From the IMG/VR virus record IMGVR_UViG_3300020599_000018, positions 1-27,558 of that record: 27,558 nt of DNA; one strand, 5' to 3'. Under the pieces are notes generated by a model. The model was not told where the DNA came from and searched no databases. It was given only the letters and a program-made list of their open reading frames with translations. The DNA comes from a virus (taxonomy: Duplodnaviria > Caudoviricetes). Numbering within the stretch: the stretch's first letter is position 1; each line of letters starts with the position of its first letter. Positions 5,692-15,255 of the stretch are shown here, one piece after another. Position numbers and translations under genes: made by a program.

Positions 5692-7016
5692 TTTACAACC
5701 AAGACGCGGAACAGTCGGTTTTGGGCGCACTGCTAATCGACAACAACGCTTATGACCGATTGGGCGACCTAAGGGCAGAGCATTTTTACCGCGGCGACCA
5801 TCAAGTTCTTTTCACGCAGATTTGCAAGACCATCGAAAGCGGGGCACCCGCGGATGTGGTGACACTCAGCGACAGGCTGCCCGAAAGCATTTCACTGGTG
5901 TACCTGAACGACCTTGCAGCCAATACGCCAAGCTCTGCCAACATAGGCCGTTACGCCGAACTAGTACGGGCCGCGGCGCAAAGAAGGGCGTTAGCAGCGA
6001 TGGCCGGGGAGATTGCGGAGGAAGCGCAAGGTCAAGCAGACCCGGCGCAAATTATCGACAAGGCGCAATCTAAGCTCGAATCAATTGCCGAACAACGAGC
6101 GAAATCCGAGCCGATCAAAGCGAGTGATGATCTGGCGCGTTACGTGGATGAACTGCAAAAGCGTGCCGACGGCGCCGGCGTCAAAGCCATCTCCACAGGG
6201 TTTGCCGATCTAGACCGAAAGATGATGGGCGGCATTCGTCGTGGTGAGCTCTGGATCGTGGCGGCCCGCCCGAAGATGGGCAAATCGGCCTTCGCATTCA
6301 ACCTTGCCATCAACGTGGCAACCGAACATTCGGTGCTCATCCTGTCGATGGAGATGCCGAGAGACCAGATCCACGACCGCAACGTCGCGGCACTGGGCAG
6401 GATTCCGCTTCCGCATGTGATCGACCCCAGAAAGATGCAGGGCCACGAATGGCCGGCCCTAACGCATGCCGTTAAGTGTATCGAGCAAATGAACCTATTC
6501 ATTGACGACCAGGGCGCATTGCGGCTCATGGACGTTCGCATGAAGGCCCGGCAGGTTAAGCGCCGGCACGGCCTAGACCTACTCGTCATCGACTACCTGC
6601 AGCTGATGGACGGCGACGGCGACAACAGAAACGCACAAATCGAACAGATCACGCGGGGGCTCAAGGCGCTGGCCAAGGAAATGAAGATCGGGATTGTCTT
6701 GCTTTCGCAGCTTAACCGCAGCTTGGAGCAGCGCCCTAACAAGCGGCCCATGCCATCTGACTTACGCGACTCTGGCGCTATTGAGCAGGACTGCGACGGC
6801 GCGCTCTTCCTTTATCGCGACGAGGTCTACAACGAGCACACCTTGGACAAGGGCATCTGCGAGGTCAATGTGGGGTTGATTCGTCAGGGCGAGCCAGGAA
6901 CGGTCGCACTTGCCTACATCGGACACCAGACCCGATTTGAAAGCCTAGCCGCGGGCACCGTCTATGGTCGCCGTCCAGAAACGCCGAAGTCCGCTAAGGG
7001 CGGGCTAAAGGATTGA
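5688..7016 (+). CDS. dnaB: Replicative DNA helicase, DnaB family
   Basis: AEQSVLGALL; Walker A AARPKMGKS; IDYLQL; LSQLNR; SDLRDSGAIEQD. Confidence 0.96.
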   Translation: MIYNQDAEQSVLGALLIDNNAYDRLGDLRAEHFYRGDHQVLFTQICKTIESGAPADVVTLSDRLPESISLVYLNDLAANTPSSANIGRYAELVRAAAQRRALAAMAGEIAEEAQGQADPAQIIDKAQSKLESIAEQRAKSEPIKASDDLARYVDELQKRADGAGVKAISTGFADLDRKMMGGIRRGELWIVAARPKMGKSAFAFNLAINVATEHSVLILSMEMPRDQIHDRNVAALGRIPLPHVIDPRKMQGHEWPALTHAVKCIEQMNLFIDDQGALRLMDVRMKARQVKRRHGLDLLVIDYLQLMDGDGDNRNAQIEQITRGLKALAKEMKIGIVLLSQLNRSLEQRPNKRPMPSDLRDSGAIEQDCDGALFLYRDEVYNEHTLDKGICEVNVGLIRQGEPGTVALAYIGHQTRFESLAAGTVYGRRPETPKSAKGGLKD

Positions 7017-7020
7017 TGCC

Positions 7021-7395
7021 ATGAACATTGACCGTCTGCACATCAAATTGCCCTGGATCGACTCAAGGCTCATGCCAAACCGGAAAAACGGCGCGGCGTG
7101 GCAATCGACCCATGCGGCCAAGATTCGCGCCAGACAAGACGGCGCCCTGTGCGCTCGGGCTGCGCTAGGCACAAACACACTGACTCCAGCCGATACATAC
7201 CCGCTATCGGTCACGTTCGTTGCGCCTGATGGCCGGCACCGTGACTTAGACAACATGCTTGCCGCCAGTAAAGCCGCATTGGATGGGATCGCACAAGCGT
7301 TGGGAGTGGATGACAAGTGTTTTCGGCCCATCAAGCTCGATGTGGCCCGGGATTCCAAGAAGCAAGGTTTCGTAATCGTGGAGGTAGGGGAGTGA
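7021..7395 (+). CDS. RusA-like Holliday junction resolvase
   Basis: PDGRHRDLDNMLAASKAALDGIAQALGVDD motif. Confidence 0.82.
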   Translation: MNIDRLHIKLPWIDSRLMPNRKNGAAWQSTHAAKIRARQDGALCARAALGTNTLTPADTYPLSVTFVAPDGRHRDLDNMLAASKAALDGIAQALGVDDKCFRPIKLDVARDSKKQGFVIVEVGE

Positions 7396-7415
7396 TTATT
7401 AACAAGGAGCATTCC

Positions 7416-7592
7416 ATGCAAAAGGTACTTACTCATGAATTCGGTCCAGCCACACTCATTAAGCAATATACGCATCGAGAAACTGGTGAGTCGGTTTGGG
7501 ACGTTCGTGCCGATACTGGCGAGCGCATGCACTTATCGCAACGTTATGTCGAGGTGCTGCCGAAGCTCGAATATGTCGAGGTGCCAGCATGA
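7416..7592 (+). CDS. 58-aa hypothetical protein
   Basis: AAGGAG RBS; MQKVLTHEFGPA...; ATGA coupling to next ORF. Confidence 0.7.
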   Translation: MQKVLTHEFGPATLIKQYTHRETGESVWDVRADTGERMHLSQRYVEVLPKLEYVEVPA

Positions 7593-7750
7593 GCACGAAA
7601 GCTTTACCGCCGCAATTTGTCTTGATGGCTCGAAAGGAAATGAAACCGAATCACATCCTCGGGCAGACGACATACAACGCGCACAGCCGCCATTGTGGAC
7701 GCCAAAGGGCATCGGCAACGTCAAGCAGCCCGGCGGCTTTATTCCTGTAG
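7589..7750 (+). CDS. 53-aa hypothetical protein
   Basis: ATGA overlap with upstream ORF; MSTKALPPQF... Confidence 0.55.
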   Translation: MSTKALPPQFVLMARKEMKPNHILGQTTYNAHSRHCGRQRASATSSSPAALFL

Positions 7751-7757
7751 TTGATAG

Positions 7758-7943
7758 GTGGTGATGATGGGCGCGCTATCAGTCCTTGCCGCCTTCTTGA
7801 TCATGCTGCGCGTATCTGGCCTCGCGCCGGGCTTGCCGTGGGGTTGGGCGTTATTCCCGCTCATGCTGCCATTTCTGGTGGTGGGCGCGGGGGTTATGGT
7901 TGTCCTAATCGGCGCAATCGTGTCAGTAGTTAAGGGAGAATAG
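7758..7943 (+). CDS. 61-aa small membrane protein
   Basis: Two hydrophobic segments separated by LPWGWALFP. Confidence 0.7.
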   Translation: MVMMGALSVLAAFLIMLRVSGLAPGLPWGWALFPLMLPFLVVGAGVMVVLIGAIVSVVKGE

Positions 7944-7949
7944 GCGGCG

Positions 7950-8384
7950 ATGATAGATCGGGCATTTGAAGACCGGTTGGAGAACTGGGGTCGATATTAC
8001 AGGCCGGGTGCCGGTCGCGGGACATCTAGCCCAACCGCTAGGGTGTGCGAACAAATGGCCATTGCTGCAGGAATAACTATCACGGACGGATATCGGGAGT
8101 TGCATCCGCGCCCAGAGATAGACGAGGCGGACGCCAAGACCATCGAATATTGCTGGGCAAGGTCCGATTATCGGATTGATGCGAAGCTGCGGGGACTACT
8201 CAAGGCGCACTACGTCAGGCGCAACGATAAACGCGGCACATGCAGGGCGCTGCAAATCAGCATGCGCTCTTACGATGCCTATTTAGATGATGCGGTGAGG
8301 CAATTCCAGCAAGCTGTTGCACTGTACGAGCATACAGTGCATAATTACGCTCAGACAGCCAGACAACCGGCCAAGGCCGTGTAA
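7950..8384 (+). CDS. Late-gene antiterminator (Q-like)
   Basis: FEDRLENWG N-terminus, C-terminal HTH-like region; last early gene, followed by promoter and terminators. Confidence 0.7.
   Translation: MIDRAFEDRLENWGRYYRPGAGRGTSSPTARVCEQMAIAAGITITDGYRELHPRPEIDEADAKTIEYCWARSDYRIDAKLRGLLKAHYVRRNDKRGTCRALQISMRSYDAYLDDAVRQFQQAVALYEHTVHNYAQTARQPAKAV
8317..8345 (+). promoter_or_regulatory. Predicted late promoter pR' with LexA box 2 (8322..8337) in its spacer
   Basis: TTGCAC - 17 bp - CATAAT; CTGTacgagcatACAG overlaps the -35 and spacer. Confidence 0.7.
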
Positions 8385-8423
8385 AAGCCCTACAGGCGGT
8401 CGGCCCGACTCCGAACGATACGC

Positions 8424-8457
8424 AAAGCCCTGCATATTCCTGCGGGGCTTTTTTATT
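8424..8457 (+). terminator. tR'-like terminator
   Basis: AAAGCCCTGCA-loop-TGCGGGGCTTTTTT. Confidence 0.8.
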
Positions 8458-8496
8458 GGCTCAACGTTTGTCTCCTCCAGGCCGAAAGGCCACTTA

Positions 8497-8532
8497 GCCC
8501 GCCCTTCGAAAGATCGGCGGGCATTTTTATTT
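8497..8532 (+). terminator. Second late-leader terminator
   Basis: GCCCGCC...GGCGGGC followed by ATTTTTATTT. Confidence 0.7.
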
Positions 8533-8570
8533 CTAGATCCTATGCCCCTGAGGGGGTAGATGAGGTTGGA

Positions 8571-8885
8571 ATGAACATCGTTGAGAATGATTTCAGGGTG
8601 CGCGCGATCACCCGGTATGTTGTTACGCATTTCACGGCAACACATTATGGCAATGACCGTGTTAGCGGTGGCTGTGAGCAATACGGTGAGTTCCCTAATG
8701 TTTATCAAGCAGAGGAAGTGGCTAAGGCGCTTCACCAGACAACGCCGGGCTCAACGTATGCAACCATAGAAGAGAAGCGGGAGCCTCGTGTCGTATTGCT
8801 TGCGTACACGGAAGATCAGGCAAGCGCACTCAATAAATTCATGGAATCGGAAGAGTGGCGCAAGCATTGGCCCTCAAATGAATAA
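8571..8885 (+). CDS. 104-aa hypothetical protein ahead of terminase
   Basis: GAGG RBS; own terminator downstream. Confidence 0.75.
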   Translation: MNIVENDFRVRAITRYVVTHFTATHYGNDRVSGGCEQYGEFPNVYQAEEVAKALHQTTPGSTYATIEEKREPRVVLLAYTEDQASALNKFMESEEWRKHWPSNE

Positions 8886-8887
8886 CC

Positions 8888-8925
8888 GCCCCAGGTTGAT
8901 CTTCGGATCCCTGGGGCATTTTATT
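8888..8925 (+). terminator. Intrinsic terminator
   Basis: GCCCCAGG...CCTGGGGC followed by ATTTTATT. Confidence 0.65.
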
Positions 8926-8951
8926 GGGCGACCAACTGGGAAACCGGAGTC

Positions 8952-9350
8952 GTGACTGTTATGAACCTGACCCCAAAACAAGAAGCGTTCTGCCAAGCCT
9001 ACATTGAGACCGGCAACGCAAGCGAGGCGTACAGGAGTTCATACAACGCTAGCAACATGAAGCCCGAGACGGTGAACCGGACGGCGAAAGAGTTACTGGA
9101 TAACCCCAAGATTGCCGCAAGAATCAAGCAATTGCAGGAATCGCACCAAAAGCGCCACAACGTTACGGTGGATTCTCTGTTGGCCGAGTTGGAAGAAGCA
9201 AGGCAGTTAGCGCTGCAAGAGATGCAGGCCGCTCCCGCAATCTCCGCCACGATGGGCAAAGCCAAGATCGTAGGCGTTGATGTGCAGAAGGTGGAGCACT
9301 CGGGCGGCGTTACGATGAATCACAAGATCGAGTTCATCGGTGACGATTAA
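8952..9350 (+). CDS. terS: Terminase small subunit
   Basis: LTPKQEAFCQAYIETGNASEAYR...AKELLDNPKIAARI. Confidence 0.93.
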   Translation: MTVMNLTPKQEAFCQAYIETGNASEAYRSSYNASNMKPETVNRTAKELLDNPKIAARIKQLQESHQKRHNVTVDSLLAELEEARQLALQEMQAAPAISATMGKAKIVGVDVQKVEHSGGVTMNHKIEFIGDD

Positions 9351-10587
9351 GTTTCCCAAGAAGCTCCGGTTTCTGTTCAAGCCGTATCGGTACAAGGTCG
9401 CCCACGGCGGGCGGGGGTCGGCCAAATCGTGGTCATTTGCCCGGGCATTGCTGCTTCAGGGAACAGCCAAGACCATACGCGTGTTGTGTGCGCGGGAAGT
9501 CCAACTGTCGATTAAGCAGTCAGTGCACAAGCTGCTGAAAGACCAGATCGAGCTATTGGGCCTGTCTAGCTTTTATGAGGTGCTGGAAACCGAGATTCGA
9601 GGGATTAACGGTACCGAGTTTTCCTTTGCCGGCCTATCCAAGCAAACCGTCGATTCGATCAAGTCGTTCGAAGGCGTTGATGTTGTTTGGGTGGAAGAAG
9701 GGCAAAGCGTAAGTAAGAAATCGTGGGATGTACTGATTCCGACGATTCGTAAGGCCGGGTCCGAAATCTGGATCAGCATGAACCCGGAATTGGAGACGGA
9801 CGAGACGTATTCCCGGTTCATTGCAAACCCGCCGCCTAATTCGTGTGTGGTGCAGGTCAACTACCACGACAACCCTTGGTTCAGCGAGGAACTGGAAGCT
9901 GAGCGCATTCACTGCCAGCTTACGGCCCCGAAGGACTACGACAACATCTGGTTGGGCAAGTGCAAGCCGGCCGTTACGGGTGCGATCTACTACGACGAGG
10001 TGGCCAACGCCGAGGAAGGCAATCGTATTACCAACGTGCCGTATGACCCGCTGCTGAAGGTGCATGTTGTGTTCGACCTGGGCTGGAACGATGCGATGGC
10101 GATCAGTCTGGTGCAAAAGGGCGTGGCGGACTTGAGGGTCATCGAGTACATCGAAGACAGCCATAAGACGCTTGATCACTATTCGGCGCTGCTCAAGGCC
10201 AAGAATCTGAACTGGGGCAAGCTGTATTTGCCCCACGATGGCAGAAACAAGGATTTCAAGACCGGCAAGAGCGCCGAGGAAATCATGCAGGCCCTGGGCT
10301 GGAATGTGGCGATTACGCCGAACATGAGCATCGAGGATGGCATACGGTTGGCTCGCATGACATTTCCCCGCGTGTACTTCGATAAGGCCAACACGGACCG
10401 CCTGGTGCAGTGCTTAAAGCGCTACCGGCGATCCATCAACCAGCAGACCAACGAGCCGGGCGCCCCGATGCATGACGAGTGGAGTCACGGCGCTGACAAT
10501 TTCCGATACATCGCAGTGAACGCCGAAGCGATGACGAACGAAACATGGGGCGGCGAGCTTAACTACCAGCCCCTGGGAACCTTTTAA
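9340..10587 (+). CDS. terL: Terminase large subunit (PBSX-type)
   Basis: Walker A GGRGSAKS, Walker B VVWVEE, nuclease DLG and SHGADNFRY. Confidence 0.95.
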   Translation: MTIKFPKKLRFLFKPYRYKVAHGGRGSAKSWSFARALLLQGTAKTIRVLCAREVQLSIKQSVHKLLKDQIELLGLSSFYEVLETEIRGINGTEFSFAGLSKQTVDSIKSFEGVDVVWVEEGQSVSKKSWDVLIPTIRKAGSEIWISMNPELETDETYSRFIANPPPNSCVVQVNYHDNPWFSEELEAERIHCQLTAPKDYDNIWLGKCKPAVTGAIYYDEVANAEEGNRITNVPYDPLLKVHVVFDLGWNDAMAISLVQKGVADLRVIEYIEDSHKTLDHYSALLKAKNLNWGKLYLPHDGRNKDFKTGKSAEEIMQALGWNVAITPNMSIEDGIRLARMTFPRVYFDKANTDRLVQCLKRYRRSINQQTNEPGAPMHDEWSHGADNFRYIAVNAEAMTNETWGGELNYQPLGTF

Positions 10588-12674
10588 TGGCAATCGATCA
10601 AGACGAGTTCGAAAAGATTCTCGACGCCAGCATTGCGGATGCGTCCGCCTGGCAGGAAGAGCATCTGAAGGCGGACCGCGAGCGCAACTACCGGTATTAC
10701 CTGGGCGAAATGGACCCGGCCCCGGCTGGCCGCTCTCAGGCCGTGTCGTGGGATGTGTTCGAGACCATCGAATCCACGATGCCGGACCTGATCGAGATAT
10801 TCCTGTCTGGCGACAATATTGCCGAGTTTGAGCCCGTTGGGGCAGAAGACGAGCAGTTTGCCGGGCAGGCCACAGATTACATCAATTACATCGTCCAGAA
10901 GCAAAATCCGGGGTTCCTGATCTTTGCGACGTGGTTCAAGGATGCGCTGCTCTCGAAAGTGGGCATTGTGCGCGCCTATTGGGCCGAGCAAGACAAGATC
11001 ATTGACCGGCAGTACCGCGGCATCAGCGAACTTCAACTGACGCAGTTGCTCGATGGCGATGCGGAAGTGGTCGAGCAGCGCGCCTACGACGATCCTGCCG
11101 ACCTGGAAGCAAGGCAGCAAGCGGAACTGGCGCTCAATACTCTGGCCCCTGAAGTGCAGCAACAGGTGATGGCCCAGCTTGCCCAGCCTGTGGCGCAACT
11201 GTTCGATGTGAAGCTGCGCCGCTCGGTCACCAAGGGCCGCGTCTACATTGACAACGTACAGCCCGAGAACTTCGTTATCACGCCGCGCGCCAAGACGATT
11301 CAGGCCGCTGACATTGTGGGCGAATTCAAGATGCTCACGCGCTCGGACATGTTGGAGCTTGGCTACGATGAGGATAAGGTCGCTGATGTGCGCTCCTTCG
11401 AGGCACTGATCGATGGCGAGGGCATTGCGCAGATCGCCGACGATGATTCGATCTCCGGCTGGCCGGGTGAGAATTCCACAGACGAATCCACGGAAGAATT
11501 CCGCGTTTTCGACGGCTTTATCCGCCTGGATTACGACGGCGAGGGCCTGGCCAAGTGGCGCCATGTAGTTCGCGCCGGCAATGTCACGCTCGTCAATGAT
11601 GATGCGGATGGCCCTGATTTTTGCACGATCAGCCCCATCCTTATTCCGCATCGGTTGATCGGCATGGCGATGGCTGATTGCGTGGCGCCGATCCAGCAGT
11701 CCTCCACAGCCATGCAGCGCCAGTACATCGACAGCCTGATGCTGGCGAACAATCCGCGCACATATGCCCTAGAAAACCAGGTCAATCTGGATGACCTGTT
11801 GAACAACCGCATCGGCGGGGTGGTGCGGGTGAAGAGCCTGCAGGCTGTCGGCCCTCTGCAGACCACAGCAGTCGCGCAATCTGCCCTGGACGGCATCGAG
11901 TTCATGGACTCGCGCCGGGAGGTTAGAACAGGCATCACGCGCTACAACCAGGGCCTTGACGCAGACAGCCTAAACAAGACGGCGACCGGCGTATCCAAGA
12001 TCATGTCAGCGGGTGACGCTCGCAAGCGCATGATGGCCCGGATTATGGCCGAGACAGGCATAAAAGACCTGTTCCGGTTGCTGCTGCGCCTGGTGGTCAA
12101 TAATCAGGACAAGGCCGCTACCGTTCGGCTGCGCAACCAGTGGGTGCAGGTTGACCCGTCCCCCTGGTCGCCAGAAATGGACGTGACTATCGAGACAGGC
12201 AGAGGCAGTGGCGACAAGACGCAGCTTATCGGCATCCTGCAACTGATTCTCGAAGCGCAGAAGGAAGCCATGGCGGCGGGCCTTCCATTGGTGGATGCCA
12301 AGAAGCTATTCAACACCATGGAGTCGATCCTTAAAGCCGCCGGCATCAAGAATGTCGATAAGTTCTTCAACGACCCCGATCAGCAGCCAGAGCAGCCGCC
12401 ACAGCCACCCCAGGAAGGTCCAGAGGCTGCGATCGCGCGAGCCACAGTCGAGGCCGAGCAGATCAAGGCGGGAGTAAAGCAGCAGGAAATCCAAGCCAAT
12501 TTGCAGATGAAACAGTGGGAGCTGCAGATGAAGCAAATTGACCTTGAGATTCGGCGCGAGGAACTGGCATTGAAGAAGGCGGAAGCCGAGCACGAAGCCC
12601 GTATGAATGAAATCGAGCAGCAGCGCAAGAATTACGAGGCGATGCAGCCGCAACAGACTGGATTCCCAGCATGA
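10587..12674 (+). CDS. Portal protein (podovirus type, C-terminal coiled-coil barrel)
   Basis: Follows terL; GRSQAVSWDV.ETIE..MPDL, KDALLSKVGIV, NKTATGV motifs; Q/E/K-rich tail. Confidence 0.9.
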   Translation: MAIDQDEFEKILDASIADASAWQEEHLKADRERNYRYYLGEMDPAPAGRSQAVSWDVFETIESTMPDLIEIFLSGDNIAEFEPVGAEDEQFAGQATDYINYIVQKQNPGFLIFATWFKDALLSKVGIVRAYWAEQDKIIDRQYRGISELQLTQLLDGDAEVVEQRAYDDPADLEARQQAELALNTLAPEVQQQVMAQLAQPVAQLFDVKLRRSVTKGRVYIDNVQPENFVITPRAKTIQAADIVGEFKMLTRSDMLELGYDEDKVADVRSFEALIDGEGIAQIADDDSISGWPGENSTDESTEEFRVFDGFIRLDYDGEGLAKWRHVVRAGNVTLVNDDADGPDFCTISPILIPHRLIGMAMADCVAPIQQSSTAMQRQYIDSLMLANNPRTYALENQVNLDDLLNNRIGGVVRVKSLQAVGPLQTTAVAQSALDGIEFMDSRREVRTGITRYNQGLDADSLNKTATGVSKIMSAGDARKRMMARIMAETGIKDLFRLLLRLVVNNQDKAATVRLRNQWVQVDPSPWSPEMDVTIETGRGSGDKTQLIGILQLILEAQKEAMAAGLPLVDAKKLFNTMESILKAAGIKNVDKFFNDPDQQPEQPPQPPQEGPEAAIARATVEAEQIKAGVKQQEIQANLQMKQWELQMKQIDLEIRREELALKKAEAEHEARMNEIEQQRKNYEAMQPQQTGFPA

Positions 12675-12991
12675 ATCTGACAAACGATCAGCGGGCCGGA
12701 CATAACCGTGCGCTGGCCGCCAAGGCCATCATGGAAAACGAGCTCGTTCTTGAGGCTTTGTCCACGATGCGCCAACACATTTTCGAAGTGTGGCGCGATG
12801 AAAAGTTGACCGCAGAGCAGAGGGAAGAGTTGCACCGCATGCAGATGACCCTGACCCGCTTTGTCGGCGTGTTCGATGGCTACCTGCAAGGCGGCGCCGA
12901 GGCTCGCAGCATCTTGGGCCTGCCGCCCGAAGAAAAGACCTTTATGGACCGAATTAAGGAGTATTTCAATGGCAACGCGCAAAGAGCCTGA
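12671..12991 (+). CDS. 106-aa hypothetical head-module protein
   Basis: ATGA overlap with portal; helical. Confidence 0.75.
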   Translation: MNLTNDQRAGHNRALAAKAIMENELVLEALSTMRQHIFEVWRDEKLTAEQREELHRMQMTLTRFVGVFDGYLQGGAEARSILGLPPEEKTFMDRIKEYFNGNAQRA

Positions 12992-13178
12992 GAAGGCTAT
13001 CCCGAAGCTTAAAGACTTCATCCGCGATCACGAAGAGGCCGCCCAGGCGCGCGGGGTAGTGGTCACTAGCATCACGCACCCCGAGGCTTCAGCCGGCGTT
13101 CACCAGGGCGTGTATTCGGGCATACGCACCTTTGAAGGCGACCCATCCGCTGTGTACAGCGACGGATCCAAGCACTGA
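12969..13178 (+). CDS. 69-aa hypothetical protein
   Basis: TAAGGAG RBS before ATG 12969. Confidence 0.7.
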   Translation: MATRKEPEKAIPKLKDFIRDHEEAAQARGVVVTSITHPEASAGVHQGVYSGIRTFEGDPSAVYSDGSKH

Positions 13179-13233
13179 CTTTCGGGCGACTCGCGGCCCT
13201 TTGACAGCGAAATCCGAGAAAGACCAACCGATT

Positions 13234-13255
13234 AGCGCCCGAGTGGCGCTTTTTT
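13234..13255 (+). terminator. Intrinsic terminator before scaffold gene
   Basis: AGCGCC-CGAGT-GGCGCT followed by TTTTT. Confidence 0.65.
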
Positions 13256-13274
13256 GTTGTCGGAGTCAAACCTC

Positions 13275-14213
13275 ATGGAGCTACCTGAGATGGAAGACGA
13301 AATCGACCTGCAGCAACTTGCCGACCAGATGAACGAGGCTGATGAGCCTGAAACCGAACTGGACGAGGATCAACCCGATGTGGAATCCGAAGCCGGAGAG
13401 GCGGACACTGAGACGCAAGAGGGCGAAGCGGACGAAGGCGAAGAGGACGATCAACCCGAAGGGGAATCGCTCGATGACAGCGCCGTCGTGAAGTGGAAGA
13501 CAGCTGCAGGGGAAGAGTTCGAAGCCCCGATTTCCGAGCTGAAAGCCGGATACATGCGCAATCAGGACTACACCCAGAAAGCGCAATCCCTGGCCAATGA
13601 TCGGAAAGCCGCTCAGGAGCAGTTAAGCCAGCAGTTCCAGCAAGTCCAGCAATACGCGTCACAGTACGGGCAGCTTGCGCTAGCTGACATGCAAATCCAG
13701 CAGTTGGAGGCCCAAATAGGAGCCCTCAGCGCGCAGGATGACCCTGTCGCCTACAACGCAGCCACAAGCCAGTTACTGATGGCCCAACGACGTCGTGACG
13801 GGTTGGCCGCCCACCTCACGCAATTCCAGCAAAGCCGCACTGTCGAGCAGCAGCAGGCCTTTCTCGCTGCCCAACAACAAGCGGCTGCCGAGCTGGCGTC
13901 GGGCCCGAACGCACTGCCGAACTTTGGTCCTGATCTGATCAAGCGGATGAATGAAGCCGGCAAGGCTTACGGCCTGACCGAGCAGGAGCTGGGATCGATC
14001 ACCGACCCGAAGCACATCCGCATCTTGCACGACGCAATGAAGTACCGCGAACTGCAAGCGAAGAAACCCGAGGCAGTAAGGAAAGCGCAGGCAGCAAAGC
14101 CCGCGCGCCAGACGCGATCCGCGCCGCCATCATCCGTCCAAAAGGCGGCCAAATCGTTTGCCAACAAGCCCTCAATCGAGGCAATGGCAGCGATGTGGAA
14201 CGCCGCAAAGTAA
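13275..14213 (+). CDS. Capsid scaffolding protein
   Basis: Acidic N-terminus, ELKAGYMRNQDYTQK, coiled coil, ILHDAMKY; GGAG RBS before ATG 13275. Confidence 0.85.
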   Translation: MELPEMEDEIDLQQLADQMNEADEPETELDEDQPDVESEAGEADTETQEGEADEGEEDDQPEGESLDDSAVVKWKTAAGEEFEAPISELKAGYMRNQDYTQKAQSLANDRKAAQEQLSQQFQQVQQYASQYGQLALADMQIQQLEAQIGALSAQDDPVAYNAATSQLLMAQRRRDGLAAHLTQFQQSRTVEQQQAFLAAQQQAAAELASGPNALPNFGPDLIKRMNEAGKAYGLTEQELGSITDPKHIRILHDAMKYRELQAKKPEAVRKAQAAKPARQTRSAPPSSVQKAAKSFANKPSIEAMAAMWNAAK

Positions 14214-14223
14214 AGGAATCATC

Positions 14224-15171
14224 ATGGCCAAATTGGCAGACTCTTTCGCTACATTCGATGCGGTTGGCAACCGCGAATCCCTCTCCGATCAGATCTACCG
14301 GATCAGCCCGGAGGAAACCCCTTTTGTGTCGGCCATCGGCAAGGGTAAGGCATCTGCAGTGCTCGAAGAGTGGCAGACCGACGACCTGGCAGCAGCCAGC
14401 AATAACAAGGTCGTGCAGGGCAACGAGGCGACCGTAGCGGCTGTTACGCCGACCGTGCGCCTGGGCAACCGCACGCAGATTTCCGAGAAGGTCTACGCGG
14501 TGACTGGCACGCAGGAAGCCGTTGCGAAGGCCGGACGCAAGTCCGAGGTGTCCTATCAGGACGTAAAGAAGATGGTCGAGCTCAAGAAAGACATCGACTT
14601 TGCGGCCCTGCAGAACACCACGGCCATCGCCGCGGCGGCTGCTGTCGCGCCTCAAGCGCGTGGCGTGCTGGGCTTTGTCCATACTAATACGGACTTTGCC
14701 ACGGCGGACGGCGCAGACCCCAATCCAGTGACCAATACGGCGCCCACCGACGGCACGACCCGCGTGTGGACCGAGGCCATGCTGCAGAACGCCGCGCAAA
14801 AGGCATGGACCAACGGCGCGAAAAACAACCTGTCGCTCTTCATCCCAGCGGCGCTTCGGGCGGTTTTCTCCAGCTTCGATGCGAACGCGACCAAGAACTA
14901 CGCGATCAAGGACAAGGAACTGACCGCGACCGTCGAGGTGTACCAAGGCGACTTCGGTATCTACAAGGTCGTCAATAGCCGCCATCAGCGCGCCCGCGAG
15001 GTGTTCGGCATCGACCCGGCAGGCTGGTCGATTCTGACGCTTCGCCCCTTCAAACCCACGGAGCTTGCAAAGACCGGTGACAACATCAAGAAGATGGTGA
15101 ACACCGAGTGGACCTTGAAGTGCAATAACCCGCTCATGAACTTTGCCATTCGCGATCTGAAGGCAGCCTAA
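14224..15171 (+). CDS. Major capsid protein (DUF5309/SU10-type)
   Basis: VGNRESLSDQIYRISPEETPF, EWQTD, RLGNRTQI, LAKTGD motifs; AAGGA RBS. Confidence 0.9.
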   Translation: MAKLADSFATFDAVGNRESLSDQIYRISPEETPFVSAIGKGKASAVLEEWQTDDLAAASNNKVVQGNEATVAAVTPTVRLGNRTQISEKVYAVTGTQEAVAKAGRKSEVSYQDVKKMVELKKDIDFAALQNTTAIAAAAAVAPQARGVLGFVHTNTDFATADGADPNPVTNTAPTDGTTRVWTEAMLQNAAQKAWTNGAKNNLSLFIPAALRAVFSSFDANATKNYAIKDKELTATVEVYQGDFGIYKVVNSRHQRAREVFGIDPAGWSILTLRPFKPTELAKTGDNIKKMVNTEWTLKCNNPLMNFAIRDLKAA

Positions 15172-15230
15172 GCGAAACGGGCCGGCTCGACGCTACGAAC
15201 GTCAGGCCGGCCCTAGATCACATCACATGG

Positions 15231-15251
15231 GGCCGCCGCAAGGCGGCTTTT
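15231..15251 (+). terminator. Terminator after capsid gene (second hairpin at 15179..15213)
   Basis: GCCGCC-GCAA-GGCGGC followed by TTTT. Confidence 0.75.
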
Positions 15252-15255
15252 AACT

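Noticed and set aside
10584-11651. 355-aa minus-strand ORF
   Set aside because: Shadow ORF opposite the portal gene; expected in GC-rich coding DNA
13201-13230. TTGACA upstream of scaffold gene as internal promoter
   Set aside because: No credible -10 at proper spacing; lies within a hairpin-rich spacer
13999-14985. 328-aa minus-strand ORF
   Set aside because: Shadow of scaffold/capsid genes
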